Origin: Faecousia sp.
GTDB taxonomy: Bacteria; Bacillota; Clostridia; Oscillospirales; Oscillospiraceae
Assembly: GCA_045531275.1 (NCBI GenBank)
Contig: JAZSDS010000008.1
Span: 20,229-84,228, forward strand
Length of the DNA stretch: 64,000 nucleotides
Direction: 5' to 3'
Shown here: positions 27,175 through 36,793 of the stretch, piece after piece
Position numbering within the stretch: position 1 is the stretch's first letter
How the letters are laid out: each line of letters begins with the position of its first letter
The notes under the pieces: model-generated
What the model was told of the DNA's origin: nothing
Database searches by the model: none
What the model saw: the letters and a program-made list of their open reading frames with translations, nothing else
Position numbers and translations under genes: made by a program

Positions 27175-27476
27175 GACCGGCCTATAACAAGGTCGCACTA
27201 GTTGGGGAGATAGCGGTGCCCTGTTACCCGCAATCCGCTACAGCGGGAATGAATTCCCACACTCGGGCAAGTTTTGAGTATCGCAGGCCCATGTAAGCGG
27301 TGTTGACGGAACGGTCTCGCGCAATGAGATCCCGTGAACCATGTCAGGTGGGGAACCAAGCAGCATTAAGCGGATCTTCTCGTGTGCCGCGAGGCTGCCG
27401 TTCCTGAGCTGGCTGCGTGGATACCGGGTATTCTGCTTGTTCAAATGTGGGTGTGCGATCTTGTTATAGGTCGGTC
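27175..27476 (+). ncRNA. ffs: signal recognition particle RNA, large Bacillus-type (scRNA with Alu domain)
   Basis: A terminal helix pairs GACCGGCCTATAACAAG (27175-) with CTTGTTATAGGTCGGTC (-27476). The Alu-domain segment GGGGAGATAGCGGTGCCCTGTTACCCGCAATCCGC and the helix-8 motif CCATGTCAGGTGGGGAACCAAGCAGCATTAAG (27343-27364 core) closely resemble B. subtilis scRNA as I remember it. Synteny scr-dnaX-ebfC-recR is the same as in Bacillus. The exact ends are approximate. Confidence 0.9.
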
Positions 27477-27493
27477 TTTCGTGGAGGTTTCTT

Positions 27494-29107
27494 ATGTATC
27501 AGGCTCTGTATCGAAAATATAGACCGCAGACCTTTGATGATGTGGTAGGTCAGATGGCTGTAACACAGACTCTGAAAACACAGGTTGGCAGCGGAAGACT
27601 TAGTCATGCATATTTGTTCACCGGTTCCAGAGGAACAGGTAAAACCAGCAGCGCAAAAATTCTGGCGAAAGCAGTAAATTGCGAAAACCCTCAAGACGGT
27701 AATCCCTGTAACTGCTGCGCTGCCTGCCGTGCCATAGATGCAGGTTCCTGCATGGATGTGCTTGAGATTGATGCTGCGTCCAATAATGGCGTTGATAATG
27801 TTCGGGATCTGCGAGATGATGCAATTTACACACCGTCGCAGGTGAAGATGCGGGTATACATCATTGACGAGGTCCACATGCTGTCAATTTCCGCCTTTAA
27901 TGCGCTTTTGAAGATCATTGAGGAACCCCCTGAGCATTTGTTGTTTATTCTTGCTACCACAGAACTGCACAAAGTTCCCGCTACGATCCTTTCCCGTTGT
28001 CAGAGATTCTCTTTTAGAAGGATCAGTCAGGAAGACATAGCTGCAAGACTTCAATATGTAGCCTACCAGGAAAATATTGATTTGGACGATTCTGCTGCAA
28101 GGGTTTTAGCACGACTGGCTGACGGCGGCATGCGTGACGGACTGAGTCTTCTGGACCAGTGCGCTTCCGCAACGGACGGCGAACTTACAGCAGAAAGAGT
28201 TTATGCGTGTCTTGGTATTGCAGGTATACAGCAGTCAGGAGAGCTTATGGGGCATATTGCGGCGCGTGATACTAGCGCAGCGCTTGTTTTAATGAACAGG
28301 TTATATGCTGAGGGCAAAGATATGGCGGCACTGTTGGATGAGCTTGCATGTCTCACAAGAGATTTTATGATTTTGAAGACCGCCCCCAACGAAGGTATCA
28401 GTATGCTATCCGGCGTCGCGTCTGACGGTGATGTTAAGATGCTCTCGTCCAAATTCTCCAGCGGTCAGTTGGTAAGGATGATGAACGTTATCCAAAGCAC
28501 AGTTTCCGGTTTTACCAGAAGCTCCAGCCGTCGTATGGACGCAGAACTTTGCATCGTTAATCTTTGCCAACCGGAGTTGGATATGGATACTCAGTCTTTG
28601 ATTGCCCGGCTGACTAAAATTGAGGATCAGTTGCATTCAGGTTGCTTCGTTAAGACTGAAAACATCCCTGAATCTGTTGAAATTGCAGATGCACCAACGA
28701 AATCTCAGAATGTGTGCAGTTTTGAGCTCCAAGTAGCGGAGGAAACAACAGCTTCTGAGCCTATCGATGAAGCACCGGTAGGTTTCTGGACTGATGTTGC
28801 TGCAGCGGTGCGCAAAGAACTGAACCCGGCGCTTACCGGATTTTTTGCTACTACACCAAACGCTCCGCTGCGGGGTGTTCTTTGTGGAGAGAAACTGCGG
28901 CTGATATGCAACAATAAATTTGTCATGGAGATCGTAAACAAGCCAGATATACTGACGCTGGTCTCCAGAAAAGCATCTGCTCAACTGGGCAGACAGATTC
29001 GGGTGGAGGTTACAGACCAATCTGCAGCCAATGAAAAGAATGAACAGATGGAACAGCTGTTGAATTTTGGAAGGGCACACAGTGACCTAATCAATATTAA
29101 AGAGTAA
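27494..29107 (+). CDS. dnaX: DNA polymerase III subunit gamma/tau
   Basis: MYQALYRKYRPQTFDDVVGQ, GSRGTGKTS (P-loop), a Zn module CxxC...CxxC, and IIDEVHML. Confidence 0.95.
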   Translation: MYQALYRKYRPQTFDDVVGQMAVTQTLKTQVGSGRLSHAYLFTGSRGTGKTSSAKILAKAVNCENPQDGNPCNCCAACRAIDAGSCMDVLEIDAASNNGVDNVRDLRDDAIYTPSQVKMRVYIIDEVHMLSISAFNALLKIIEEPPEHLLFILATTELHKVPATILSRCQRFSFRRISQEDIAARLQYVAYQENIDLDDSAARVLARLADGGMRDGLSLLDQCASATDGELTAERVYACLGIAGIQQSGELMGHIAARDTSAALVLMNRLYAEGKDMAALLDELACLTRDFMILKTAPNEGISMLSGVASDGDVKMLSSKFSSGQLVRMMNVIQSTVSGFTRSSSRRMDAELCIVNLCQPELDMDTQSLIARLTKIEDQLHSGCFVKTENIPESVEIADAPTKSQNVCSFELQVAEETTASEPIDEAPVGFWTDVAAAVRKELNPALTGFFATTPNAPLRGVLCGEKLRLICNNKFVMEIVNKPDILTLVSRKASAQLGRQIRVEVTDQSAANEKNEQMEQLLNFGRAHSDLINIKE

Positions 29108-29128
29108 TAAGGAACAGGAGAATGTGAA

Positions 29129-29473
29129 ATGGCTAAAGGTGGATTCAGAGGCATGCCCGGTGGCATGAATCAGGCTGCAATGATCAAGCAGGCACAGAAA
29201 ATGCAGCAGGAGATGCTGCGTATGCAAGAGGAGATGGAGAACAAGACATTCTCTGCTACATCCGGCGGCGGAATGGTTAAAGCCACAGTGAACGGAAAAC
29301 ACGAACTCATGAATTTGGAGATCGATCCTGAGGCAGTGGATCCTGATGATGTGGATATGCTGCAGGATATGGTGATTGCCGCAGTAAATGAAGCAATGCG
29401 CGCAGCAGACGCAGATTCCGCAAACAATATGTCTCGCCTCACCGGTGGACTTAACCTTGGGGGCCTGTTTTAA
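29129..29473 (+). CDS. ebfC: nucleoid-associated protein YbaB/EbfC
   Basis: 114 aa with MIKQAQKMQQEM... and GGGMVKATVNGKHELMNLEIDPE, typical of YbaB. Confidence 0.9.
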   Translation: MAKGGFRGMPGGMNQAAMIKQAQKMQQEMLRMQEEMENKTFSATSGGGMVKATVNGKHELMNLEIDPEAVDPDDVDMLQDMVIAAVNEAMRAADADSANNMSRLTGGLNLGGLF

Positions 29474-30072
29474 TGTATTATTTTCCGGCTGCATTGCAGG
29501 ACCTTGCGGATCAATTTGCCAGGCTTCCCGGAGTTGGTGGTAAGACTGCCCAGCGATTGGCATTTTACGTCTTGGGACTGCCTATGGAAGACGCACAGGC
29601 TTTTGCGGATGCTATCATTGAAGCAAAAAATACCGTCCATACATGCCCCATATGTCAGAATTTAACTGATCGTGAAATCTGTCCGATCTGTAATGATGAT
29701 ATGCGGGATAAAGGGCTGATCTGCGTTGTGGCAGAGCCTAAGGATGTGATTGCAATGGAAAGGTCCAGGGAATTTTCTGGTGTTTACCATGTGCTTCATG
29801 GTGTAATTTCTCCGCTTAACCATGTGACACAGGATGATATTCGCATCAAGGAGCTATTACAGCGGGTTGCTGCGGGCTTGGTCAGAGAGGTGATCATGGC
29901 CACTAACCCTGATACAGAGGGTGAAGCAACAGCTATGTACATTTCCCGGCTTTTACGCCCAATGGAAGTGAAGGTAACCAGACTTGCTTATGGAATCCCT
30001 GTTGGAAGTCAACTGGAATATGCCGATGAGGTCACACTTTCCAGGGCGCTGGAAGGCAGACAAGAGATATAA
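29473..30072 (+). CDS. recR: recombination protein RecR
   Basis: LPGVGGKTAQRLAF (HhH), a C4 zinc finger (CPICQN...CPIC) and a Toprim segment. Confidence 0.95.
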   Translation: MYYFPAALQDLADQFARLPGVGGKTAQRLAFYVLGLPMEDAQAFADAIIEAKNTVHTCPICQNLTDREICPICNDDMRDKGLICVVAEPKDVIAMERSREFSGVYHVLHGVISPLNHVTQDDIRIKELLQRVAAGLVREVIMATNPDTEGEATAMYISRLLRPMEVKVTRLAYGIPVGSQLEYADEVTLSRALEGRQEI

Positions 30073-30108
30073 AAAATCTCGTGCTTACTTGTTAAGCACG
30101 AGATTTTT
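30072..30108. terminator. bidirectional terminator between recR and the convergent EIIC-like gene
   Basis: AAAAATCTCGTGCTTA-CTTG-TTAAGCACGAGATTTTT. Confidence 0.8.
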
Positions 30109-30114
30109 ATGTAA

Positions 30115-31221
30115 TTAAAGGTCAAGTTTTAGATCATTTTCCTTGATCCAGCCCCATTTGCGGAGAATCTGACAGAAAAGCCAACTTAATATTGCAGGCA
30201 GAATAAAGCAGATTAAAACCAGACCAAGCCAATCGTTAGCTGTGATTGCAGTTTTTACACCGGTAGAAATGTCGTTGATCCAGCCAGTGTAGACGCCGAT
30301 TTGTCCTACGAAGCCGCAGGTTCCCATACCGGAGGATACAGCAGAACCGTTCATCTCAAGCTTAAAAAGGCATGTTGCAAGAGGTCCGGTGATTGCGGAT
30401 GCCAGTGTGGGAGGAATCCAGATTTTTGGATTCTTTACAATGTTGGGCATTTGGAGCATACTTGTTCCCACACCCTGCGCCACAAGTCCGCCCCATCGGT
30501 TTTCCCGGAAACTCATAACAGCAAAGCCGACCATTTGCGCACAACAGCCGGCAACAGCGGCACCACCGGCGAGGCCGGTCAAGCCCAGAGCTGCACAGAT
30601 TGCTGCAGAGCTGATGGGCAACGTTAACGCAATGCCAATGATCACGGAGACAAAAATACCCATAATGAAGGGTTGCTGCAATGTAGCCCATTTTACTGCT
30701 TCGCCCACGGCGCTAGCTGCGGCACCAATGGGTGCTGCTACAAGGGAGGCAAAGCCTATGCCAACAAGAACTGTTACTATGGGCGTTATAAGAATATCGA
30801 TCTTTGTCTCTTTAGAGACTAATTTTCCAAATTCTGAAGCGACGATTGCAACAAAGTAGACTGCCAGAGGTCCGCCGGCACCGCCCATTGCGTTGGCAGC
30901 GAAACCCACAGGGATCAGAGAAAAGAGGACCAGTGGGGGACAGTGCAGTGCAAATCCAATGGCAATGGCGATACCAGGGCCAACCATGGCGGAAGCAAGA
31001 CCGCCGACTGTGTAGTTTACAGCGCCTTCGCCTGTACCTATTGTTGCAATCACAGCATTTAGGAAGCCGATGTTAAATTGCTGGCCGATGGTGTTCAGGA
31101 TCGTTCCTACAAGAAGAGTGCAGAAAAGTCCTTGCGCCATAGCGCCTAACGCATCAATGCCGTACCGTTTACCGGAAAAAATAATGTCTTTCTTTTGCAG
31201 AAATGTGCGGATTTTATTCAC
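30115..31221 (-). CDS. PTS_EIIC_2-type polytopic membrane protein (putative EIIC-like transporter, no EIIA/EIIB nearby)
   Basis: 368 aa, Gly/Ala-rich and multi-TM. The N-terminus GIDALGAMAQGLFCTLLVGTILNTIG resembles the PTS_EIIC_2 family. The assignment is from memory. Confidence 0.6.
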   Translation of the reverse strand: MNKIRTFLQKKDIIFSGKRYGIDALGAMAQGLFCTLLVGTILNTIGQQFNIGFLNAVIATIGTGEGAVNYTVGGLASAMVGPGIAIAIGFALHCPPLVLFSLIPVGFAANAMGGAGGPLAVYFVAIVASEFGKLVSKETKIDILITPIVTVLVGIGFASLVAAPIGAAASAVGEAVKWATLQQPFIMGIFVSVIIGIALTLPISSAAICAALGLTGLAGGAAVAGCCAQMVGFAVMSFRENRWGGLVAQGVGTSMLQMPNIVKNPKIWIPPTLASAITGPLATCLFKLEMNGSAVSSGMGTCGFVGQIGVYTGWINDISTGVKTAITANDWLGLVLICFILPAILSWLFCQILRKWGWIKENDLKLDL

Positions 31222-31241
31222 GTTTTCACTTCTTTCTATTA

Positions 31242-31610
31242 TTACAGCTTCGAGTATGTTTTTTCGAGAAATCGCTCTGCAGAGATCACAGCCCGTTTAT
31301 GGGTGCCTTCGCCAATTTTACCGCTTTCGTCGTAAGCGGAAATTTGGAAGGTAATGGCGCTTCCTTCCACAGCTGTGACAACAGCTTCGGCTCTGACTTC
31401 CATTCCTACAGGTGTTGCGGATAAATGAGAGATGTTTAGCTCCGTTCCCACTGAGGTTTTACCCTCCGGAATGGCGTTGTTGATTGCTTCACAAGCTGCA
31501 CCTTCCATCAGTGCAACCATACAGGGGGTAGCGTAAACGAGGAGACTACCGGAACCAACCTCGTAGGCGGTGTCCTCCCGTTCAACTAAGGCTGAAGCTT
31601 TACCTTTCAT
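31242..31610 (-). CDS. hotdog-fold thioesterase (FlK-like family)
   Basis: DTAYEVGSGSLLVYATPCMVALMEGAA is typical of this thioesterase family. The start is placed at ATG 31610, and its SD is weak. Confidence 0.65.
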   Translation of the reverse strand: MKGKASALVEREDTAYEVGSGSLLVYATPCMVALMEGAACEAINNAIPEGKTSVGTELNISHLSATPVGMEVRAEAVVTAVEGSAITFQISAYDESGKIGEGTHKRAVISAERFLEKTYSKL

Positions 31611-31683
31611 GCCAATACATATGTCCGTATATAACACTCCTTTGCTTAAGAGGATGAAGCATATCGCTTCACTGACTAACCAC

Positions 31684-31712
31684 AATATAGAGCAAATAAT
31701 GAGAAATGTCAA
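31684..31712 (-). promoter_or_regulatory. sigma-A type promoter for the thioesterase/EIIC-like operon
   Basis: On the minus strand: TTGACA (31712-31707), a 17-nt spacer, then TATATT (31689-31684). Confidence 0.65.
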
Positions 31713-31781
31713 TAAAAAAGGATTGCTATTTAGTATACTTGCACTTATAATAAGCTTATAAAATGTTGAGAGGTGTCATTT

Positions 31782-33233
31782 ATGGCAAACGAAAAAATCA
31801 ATCTGACAATGCTTTGCGACTTTTATGAATTGACCATGGGTAATGGCTACTTTTCAAAGGGTTATAAGGACCGTATATGTTACTTTGATGTGTTCTTCCG
31901 TCAGTGCCCCGATGGCGGTGGTTTTGCGATCGCTGCCGGTTTGGAGCAGATTGTCCAATATATAAAGGATTTACATTTCAGCGCGGAGGATATTGAATAT
32001 CTCCGTGGACGGAATCTGTTTTCTGAGGAATTCTTGGAATATCTTGCGGATTTTCGTTTCAGCGGTGATGTTTGGGCAGTGCCTGAAGGCACCCCGATTT
32101 TTCCCAAAGAGCCTATTATGACCATCCGTGCGCCTGCTATCGAAGCTCAGTTAATTGAGACATTTATTCTTTTATCCATTAACCACCAAAGCTTGATTGC
32201 AACAAAAGCCAACCGGATTGTGCGTGCGGCCGGTGGTCGGACTGTACTCGAATTCGGATCCCGGAGAGCGCAGGGCGCTGACGCGGCAATTCTTGGCGCA
32301 AGAGCTGCATATATTGGCGGCTGTAACGGTACGGCATGCACAATATCTGACCAGATGTTTGGCGTCTATGCGGGGGGTACAATGGCCCATGCATGGGTTC
32401 AGATGTTTGACAGCGAATATGAGGCGTTTAAGGCTTACTGCGAGCTGTATCCCAATAATGCAACCCTGCTTGTAGATACTTATAACACCTTGAAATCCGG
32501 TGTTCCCAATGCAATCCGTGTGTTTAACGAAGTTTTGAAGCCTTTGGGTATCACGAAGTGCGGTATACGCCTGGACTCCGGTGATATTGCATATTTGTCA
32601 CGGGAAGCCAGAAAAATGCTGGATGCCGCAGGGTGGACGGAATGCCAAATCTCTGCATCAAACTCCCTGGATGAATATATTATTCAAGGTTTGTTGCGCC
32701 AGGGTGCCCAAATTGATATGTTTGGCGTTGGTGAACGACTTATTACTGCAAAAAGTGAGCCCGTGTTTGGCGGCGTATATAAACTGGCGGCCGTGGAAAA
32801 TCCGGACGGTACCATCACGCCTAAAATTAAGATATCTGAGAATACCGGCAAAATTACAAATCCCCATTTCAAAAAACTGTATCGTTTTTACGGAAACGAT
32901 ACGGGCAAGGCGATTGCAGACTACTTGTGTATTTATGATGAAACGGTAGACGACCGCGGTGAAATGGAGATCTTTGATCCGGAAGCAACGTGGAAGACAA
33001 AAACGGTTTACAATTTTACCGCAAAAGAATTGATGGTACCTATATTCAAAAATGGCGAATTGGTCTATCGATGCCCGGATCTTCAAGAAATCAGAGCCTA
33101 CTGTATGGAACAGGTGGATACACTGTGGGACGAAGTGAAGCGTTTTGATAATCCCCACACGTATTATGTGGATCTTTCCCAAAAGCTTTGGGATGTAAAG
33201 TACGGATTACTAAAGGACAAGGGTGTAAAGTAG
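31782..33233 (+). CDS. pncB: nicotinate phosphoribosyltransferase
   Basis: LTMLCDFYELTMGNGYF, GGTMAHAW, VDTYNT and IRLDSGD motifs. Confidence 0.9.
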   Translation: MANEKINLTMLCDFYELTMGNGYFSKGYKDRICYFDVFFRQCPDGGGFAIAAGLEQIVQYIKDLHFSAEDIEYLRGRNLFSEEFLEYLADFRFSGDVWAVPEGTPIFPKEPIMTIRAPAIEAQLIETFILLSINHQSLIATKANRIVRAAGGRTVLEFGSRRAQGADAAILGARAAYIGGCNGTACTISDQMFGVYAGGTMAHAWVQMFDSEYEAFKAYCELYPNNATLLVDTYNTLKSGVPNAIRVFNEVLKPLGITKCGIRLDSGDIAYLSREARKMLDAAGWTECQISASNSLDEYIIQGLLRQGAQIDMFGVGERLITAKSEPVFGGVYKLAAVENPDGTITPKIKISENTGKITNPHFKKLYRFYGNDTGKAIADYLCIYDETVDDRGEMEIFDPEATWKTKTVYNFTAKELMVPIFKNGELVYRCPDLQEIRAYCMEQVDTLWDEVKRFDNPHTYYVDLSQKLWDVKYGLLKDKGVK

Positions 33234-33246
33234 GCTGAAAGTATCT

Positions 33247-33519
33247 ATGGAAAAGTCATGGACACTGTATATTCTTGAATGTAGTGACGGCACTCTCTAT
33301 ACCGGTATAACGGATAATCTGCAGCGACGCCTTGCAGCGCATGCTGCAGGAAAAGGGGCAAAATATACCCGTGGGAGAGGCCCTTTTAAACTGCGATATA
33401 CTGAGTTGTGCGAAAGTCGCTCTCTGGCATCACGCAGAGAATTTCAAATTAAACATTTGGCCAGGGATGAGAAGATCAGATTAATCGACAGCTCATCAAT
33501 GGCGAGGAGGAATAATTGA
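33247..33519 (+). CDS. GIY-YIG domain protein (UPF0213 family)
   Basis: WTLYILECSDGTLYTGITDNLQRRLAAH..GKGAKYTR is the canonical stand-alone GIY-YIG module. Confidence 0.85.
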   Translation: MEKSWTLYILECSDGTLYTGITDNLQRRLAAHAAGKGAKYTRGRGPFKLRYTELCESRSLASRREFQIKHLARDEKIRLIDSSSMARRNN

Positions 33520-34253
33520 AATACTTTTTAGATACAGTAGAAACCGTTGAGGAAGGCTTAGGATTCTCTCATTTTAGCAGTTTGCATCTGATATGGTTAT
33601 TGTTCTTCTTGGTTGTTACAGTGGTAAATTGCCTGTGGTACAGAAATATGGGTACTATAGGAAAGGACAGATGGAAGAAGACTGTTGCGTTTTTAGTTGT
33701 TGCGGATGAAATTTTTAAAGATATTATGCTGATTATTGGGGGCAGATACGATGTTGGTTATTTGCCGTTGCACTTATGCAGTATCAACATTCTCCTTGTC
33801 GCCATCCATGCCTGGAAGCCTTCTAAATTGCTGGGAGGTTTTCTTTACACAGTGTGTATTCCGGGGGCGCTTGCTGCACTGCTGTTCCCAACTTGGACAT
33901 CTCTTCCAATCCTGAACTTTATGCATTTACACAGCTTTACGGTTCATATTTTACTTGCAATGTATCCCATTGTCCTTGCTATTAACGGTGAATTGTTGCC
34001 AAATATAAAGCAGCTTCACAAATATTTGCTGCTGCTGGTGATCCTTGCGATTCCGATATATGGAATTAATTTACTTTTGGATACGAACTTTATGTTCTTG
34101 ATGTCAGCGGATCCCGGTAATCCTTTGTATTTATTTGAACAGCTTTGGGGTAATCACCTTTACGGGTTTCCTGTGTTGATCACGGCAGTAGTGATTGTTA
34201 TGTATGTACCCCTTGAAATTTACAGAGCAATTAGAAGAAAGAAACGGTCATAA
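33516..34253 (+). CDS. YwaF/TIGR02206-like integral membrane protein
   Basis: Seven hydrophobic segments and the motif YLPLHLCSI. TTG start 5 nt after GAGGAGG. It overlaps the GIY-YIG stop by 4 nt. Confidence 0.6.
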   Translation: MKYFLDTVETVEEGLGFSHFSSLHLIWLLFFLVVTVVNCLWYRNMGTIGKDRWKKTVAFLVVADEIFKDIMLIIGGRYDVGYLPLHLCSINILLVAIHAWKPSKLLGGFLYTVCIPGALAALLFPTWTSLPILNFMHLHSFTVHILLAMYPIVLAINGELLPNIKQLHKYLLLLVILAIPIYGINLLLDTNFMFLMSADPGNPLYLFEQLWGNHLYGFPVLITAVVIVMYVPLEIYRAIRRKKRS

Positions 34254-34255
34254 AA

Positions 34256-34283
34256 TTATCCCCCATCTAATGATGGGGGATAA
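34256..34283. terminator. bidirectional terminator hairpin
   Basis: TTATCCCCCATC-TAA-TGATGGGGGATAA between convergent genes. Confidence 0.7.
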
Positions 34284-34291
34284 TAGTTTCG

Positions 34292-35200
34292 TTACATATC
34301 GAATATACCCATGATGATGATACCGGTAACTGTAACTGCGATAGCGGCGTAATGTTTCCAACTGAGCTTTTCCTTCAGGAAGATACGACTCCAGAGAACG
34401 GACGCAATGCAGTAGGAGGAAATAATGGGGGCAGACATTGCCACATGCTCCGTATCGGCCAGTGCGTAAATATAAGCAAATTGTCCGGCTGTCTCAAATA
34501 AGGCACCCAGATATTTAGGGCGCTCAACATTTGCAACCAGCGGTTGCTTTTTAATAAGGACTGTATAAATAAAGCAGCAAACGCCTGCAGCAAAGAATGT
34601 AAGCTCATAAGCTACATTAGCGGAGTCCTCGTTCAGTGTTTCCAGGACAAGGGCATCAGCGAAAGTGCCTGCTGCATCCAACAGACAGTAGGCAATGGGC
34701 AATGCCAAAGCCAGCCAGGATTTCGCATATTTGTAGTTGGATGCCTCCTGGCGGGCTGCACGGATTTCGTTGTCTTCCGTTGCTTCTACGAACCCTAGAC
34801 CAACTACGCCCAGGCAGGCTAAAACTACAGCCACATACTGCAAGGGATGATCCATTTCGGCAGTTCCCATGATTAGGCTGGCTACTGCAACCAGAGCGCC
34901 GGAAGCGTTGCAGATAGGGGAGGAGATAGATAGCTCTATGTAACGCAAACCAACATAGCCCAGTGCCATAGAACCAATATACAAAAGGGATACCGGCAGA
35001 TATGTCCAGAGTACTTCCCAACTGATCTGGACACCGTTAATGATCTCAAACAGGGCATGAACACCCATTACAAGACCGACAGCCATGACCATTTTAAACT
35101 GGCTGTACTTGTCAGTGTTGTCACGGCAACCGATCTTTGAAAAGAAATCAGAACCGGACCAACAAAGCAGCGCAATGATTGCAAACCAAAACCAACTCAT
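34292..35200 (-). CDS. DMT-superfamily (EamA-like) transporter
   Basis: 302 aa with about 10 TM segments and two-fold internal repeat organisation typical of EamA proteins. Confidence 0.7.
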   Translation of the reverse strand: MSWFWFAIIALLCWSGSDFFSKIGCRDNTDKYSQFKMVMAVGLVMGVHALFEIINGVQISWEVLWTYLPVSLLYIGSMALGYVGLRYIELSISSPICNASGALVAVASLIMGTAEMDHPLQYVAVVLACLGVVGLGFVEATEDNEIRAARQEASNYKYAKSWLALALPIAYCLLDAAGTFADALVLETLNEDSANVAYELTFFAAGVCCFIYTVLIKKQPLVANVERPKYLGALFETAGQFAYIYALADTEHVAMSAPIISSYCIASVLWSRIFLKEKLSWKHYAAIAVTVTGIIIMGIFDM

Positions 35201-35221
35201 ATGAAACCTCTTTCTTTTTCT

Positions 35222-36505
35222 TTATAGTGTTATTTGTCCGGCATCCACAAGCTTCTGTAGGCTCATAAGAATGCCAAGTTTAGCGTGTTGCCATGTGAGT
35301 CCGCCTTGGAAATACACGGCGTATGGAGGCCGTATTGGACCGTCAGCGGAAAGCTCAATAGAGGAACCCTGCACAAATGCACCTGCCGCCATAATTACTT
35401 TATCGTTATAGCCCGGCATGTCCCAAGGCAAGGGTGTAGCAAAAGAATCAACAGGCGCCGCAGCCTGAATGCCCTTGCAGAATGCTATCATGCCTTCCTC
35501 GTTTTTCAGTTCCACTGCTTGAATAATATCATGTCTGGATTCAGTGGCGTTTGGCACACAACGGAAGCCCAGCGGCTCATATAAATTAGCAGCAAAGATA
35601 GCACCTTTCTCAGCGCCCGCTACTACGGTCGGTGCCAGAAACAGCCCTTGGTACAGCGCAGGCATCAAACCAAGGTTTGCGCCTACCTCCTGACCCAAAC
35701 CAGGGGCAGAAAGGCGATATGCGCAGCGGCTGACGCAGCATTCTGTGCCGCAGATGTAGCCGCCGATGGGCGCCAGACCGCCACCGGGATTTTTAATCAG
35801 TGAACCGACAACCATATCGGCTCCAACATCAGAAGGCTCAATGGTTTCCACAAATTCTCCGTAGCAGTTATCTACCATACATATCAGATCCGGCTTAATT
35901 GCTTTCACAAAAGCAATTAACTCGCCGATTTGCTTTACAGAGAATGTGGGGCGTGTGGCATAGCCTTTTGAACGTTGAATGGTAACTAATTTTGTTTTGC
36001 GGTTGATTGCTTTGCGTATCCCTTCATAATCAAATGTTCCATCGGACAGAAGGTCTACCTGGCGATAGCTTACACCGTATTCAGCGAGGGAACAGGGACT
36101 TTCACGGATACCGATTACCTCTTGCAGCGTGTCATATGGCAATCCAACAGGAGAAAGCAGTTCATCACCGGGCAGCAGATTTGCAGACAGTGCAACCGTA
36201 AGTGCGTGTGTGCCACATGTAATTTGTGGACGCACAAGGGCAGCTTCTGTATGGAAAACATCGGCGTACACACGCTCCAAATTATCACGGCCAACATCAT
36301 CATAGCCATATCCGGTTGTTGCGGCAAAGCATGCAGCAGAGACGCGGTTTTTTTGCATTGCTGCGAGAACCTTGGCTTGGTTGTATTCGGCAATCTTATC
36401 GATATTTGCAAATCTTTCTGTAAGCTTTGCAATTGCGTTTTCGCCATATTTGTAAACAGCAGTGGAAATTCCCATCTGATTATAAAGTTGTAATAATTGT
36501 TCCAT
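35222..36505 (-). CDS. ynbB: methionine gamma-lyase-family PLP protein (YnbB / aluminium-resistance-protein family)
   Basis: The N-terminus, NQAKVLAAMQKNRVSAACFAATTGYGYDDVGRD.LE.VYADVF..EAALVRPQI.CGTHA, is characteristic of the YnbB family. Confidence 0.8.
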   Translation of the reverse strand: MEQLLQLYNQMGISTAVYKYGENAIAKLTERFANIDKIAEYNQAKVLAAMQKNRVSAACFAATTGYGYDDVGRDNLERVYADVFHTEAALVRPQITCGTHALTVALSANLLPGDELLSPVGLPYDTLQEVIGIRESPCSLAEYGVSYRQVDLLSDGTFDYEGIRKAINRKTKLVTIQRSKGYATRPTFSVKQIGELIAFVKAIKPDLICMVDNCYGEFVETIEPSDVGADMVVGSLIKNPGGGLAPIGGYICGTECCVSRCAYRLSAPGLGQEVGANLGLMPALYQGLFLAPTVVAGAEKGAIFAANLYEPLGFRCVPNATESRHDIIQAVELKNEEGMIAFCKGIQAAAPVDSFATPLPWDMPGYNDKVIMAAGAFVQGSSIELSADGPIRPPYAVYFQGGLTWQHAKLGILMSLQKLVDAGQITL

Positions 36506-36506
36506 C

Positions 36507-36752
36507 TCACTTTTCCTCTTTCTTTACTGATTCAAAAAGTTTATTTGCGATATCGCTAAGCACCTCGGGTTTAGACACAATCAAACCCGCGTCCTCTTCG
36601 CCAAGAATAAGAAGCGTATCGCCAGGACGGATGCCAAACAGATCTCTTGCCTCCTTAGGAATTACGATTTGTCCCCGGTCTCCTACCTTGGCTGTTCCAA
36701 AGACCCTGCGTGCATTTCCTTTTCCAAGAATGTGTTTGCCGGCCGCCATCAA
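36507..36752 (-). CDS. AbrB/MazE/SpoVT-fold small DNA-binding protein
   Basis: VGDRGQIVIPKEARDLFGIRPGDTLLILGEE is a SpoVT-AbrB swapped-hairpin motif. The stop lies 1 nt before the ynbB ATG. Confidence 0.8.
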   Translation of the reverse strand: MMAAGKHILGKGNARRVFGTAKVGDRGQIVIPKEARDLFGIRPGDTLLILGEEDAGLIVSKPEVLSDIANKLFESVKKEEK

Positions 36753-36793
36753 ATCACTACCTTCCTACTTTTCATACATTTCACACAGAATTT

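Noticed and set aside
27494-29107. A programmed -1 frameshift site in dnaX (A AAA AAG type).
   Set aside because: Reading through the gene I saw no A-rich slippery heptamer. The longest A-run is five. This was an eye scan only, so a computational motif search would settle it.
31611-31712. A hydrophobic 34-codon N-terminal extension of the thioesterase ORF (TTG start at 31712).
   Set aside because: That TTG is the first half of a TTGACA -35 box, which has a TATATT -10 box 17 nt downstream. The extension is therefore most likely promoter and 5' UTR. The family N-terminus fits ATG 31610, although its SD is poor.
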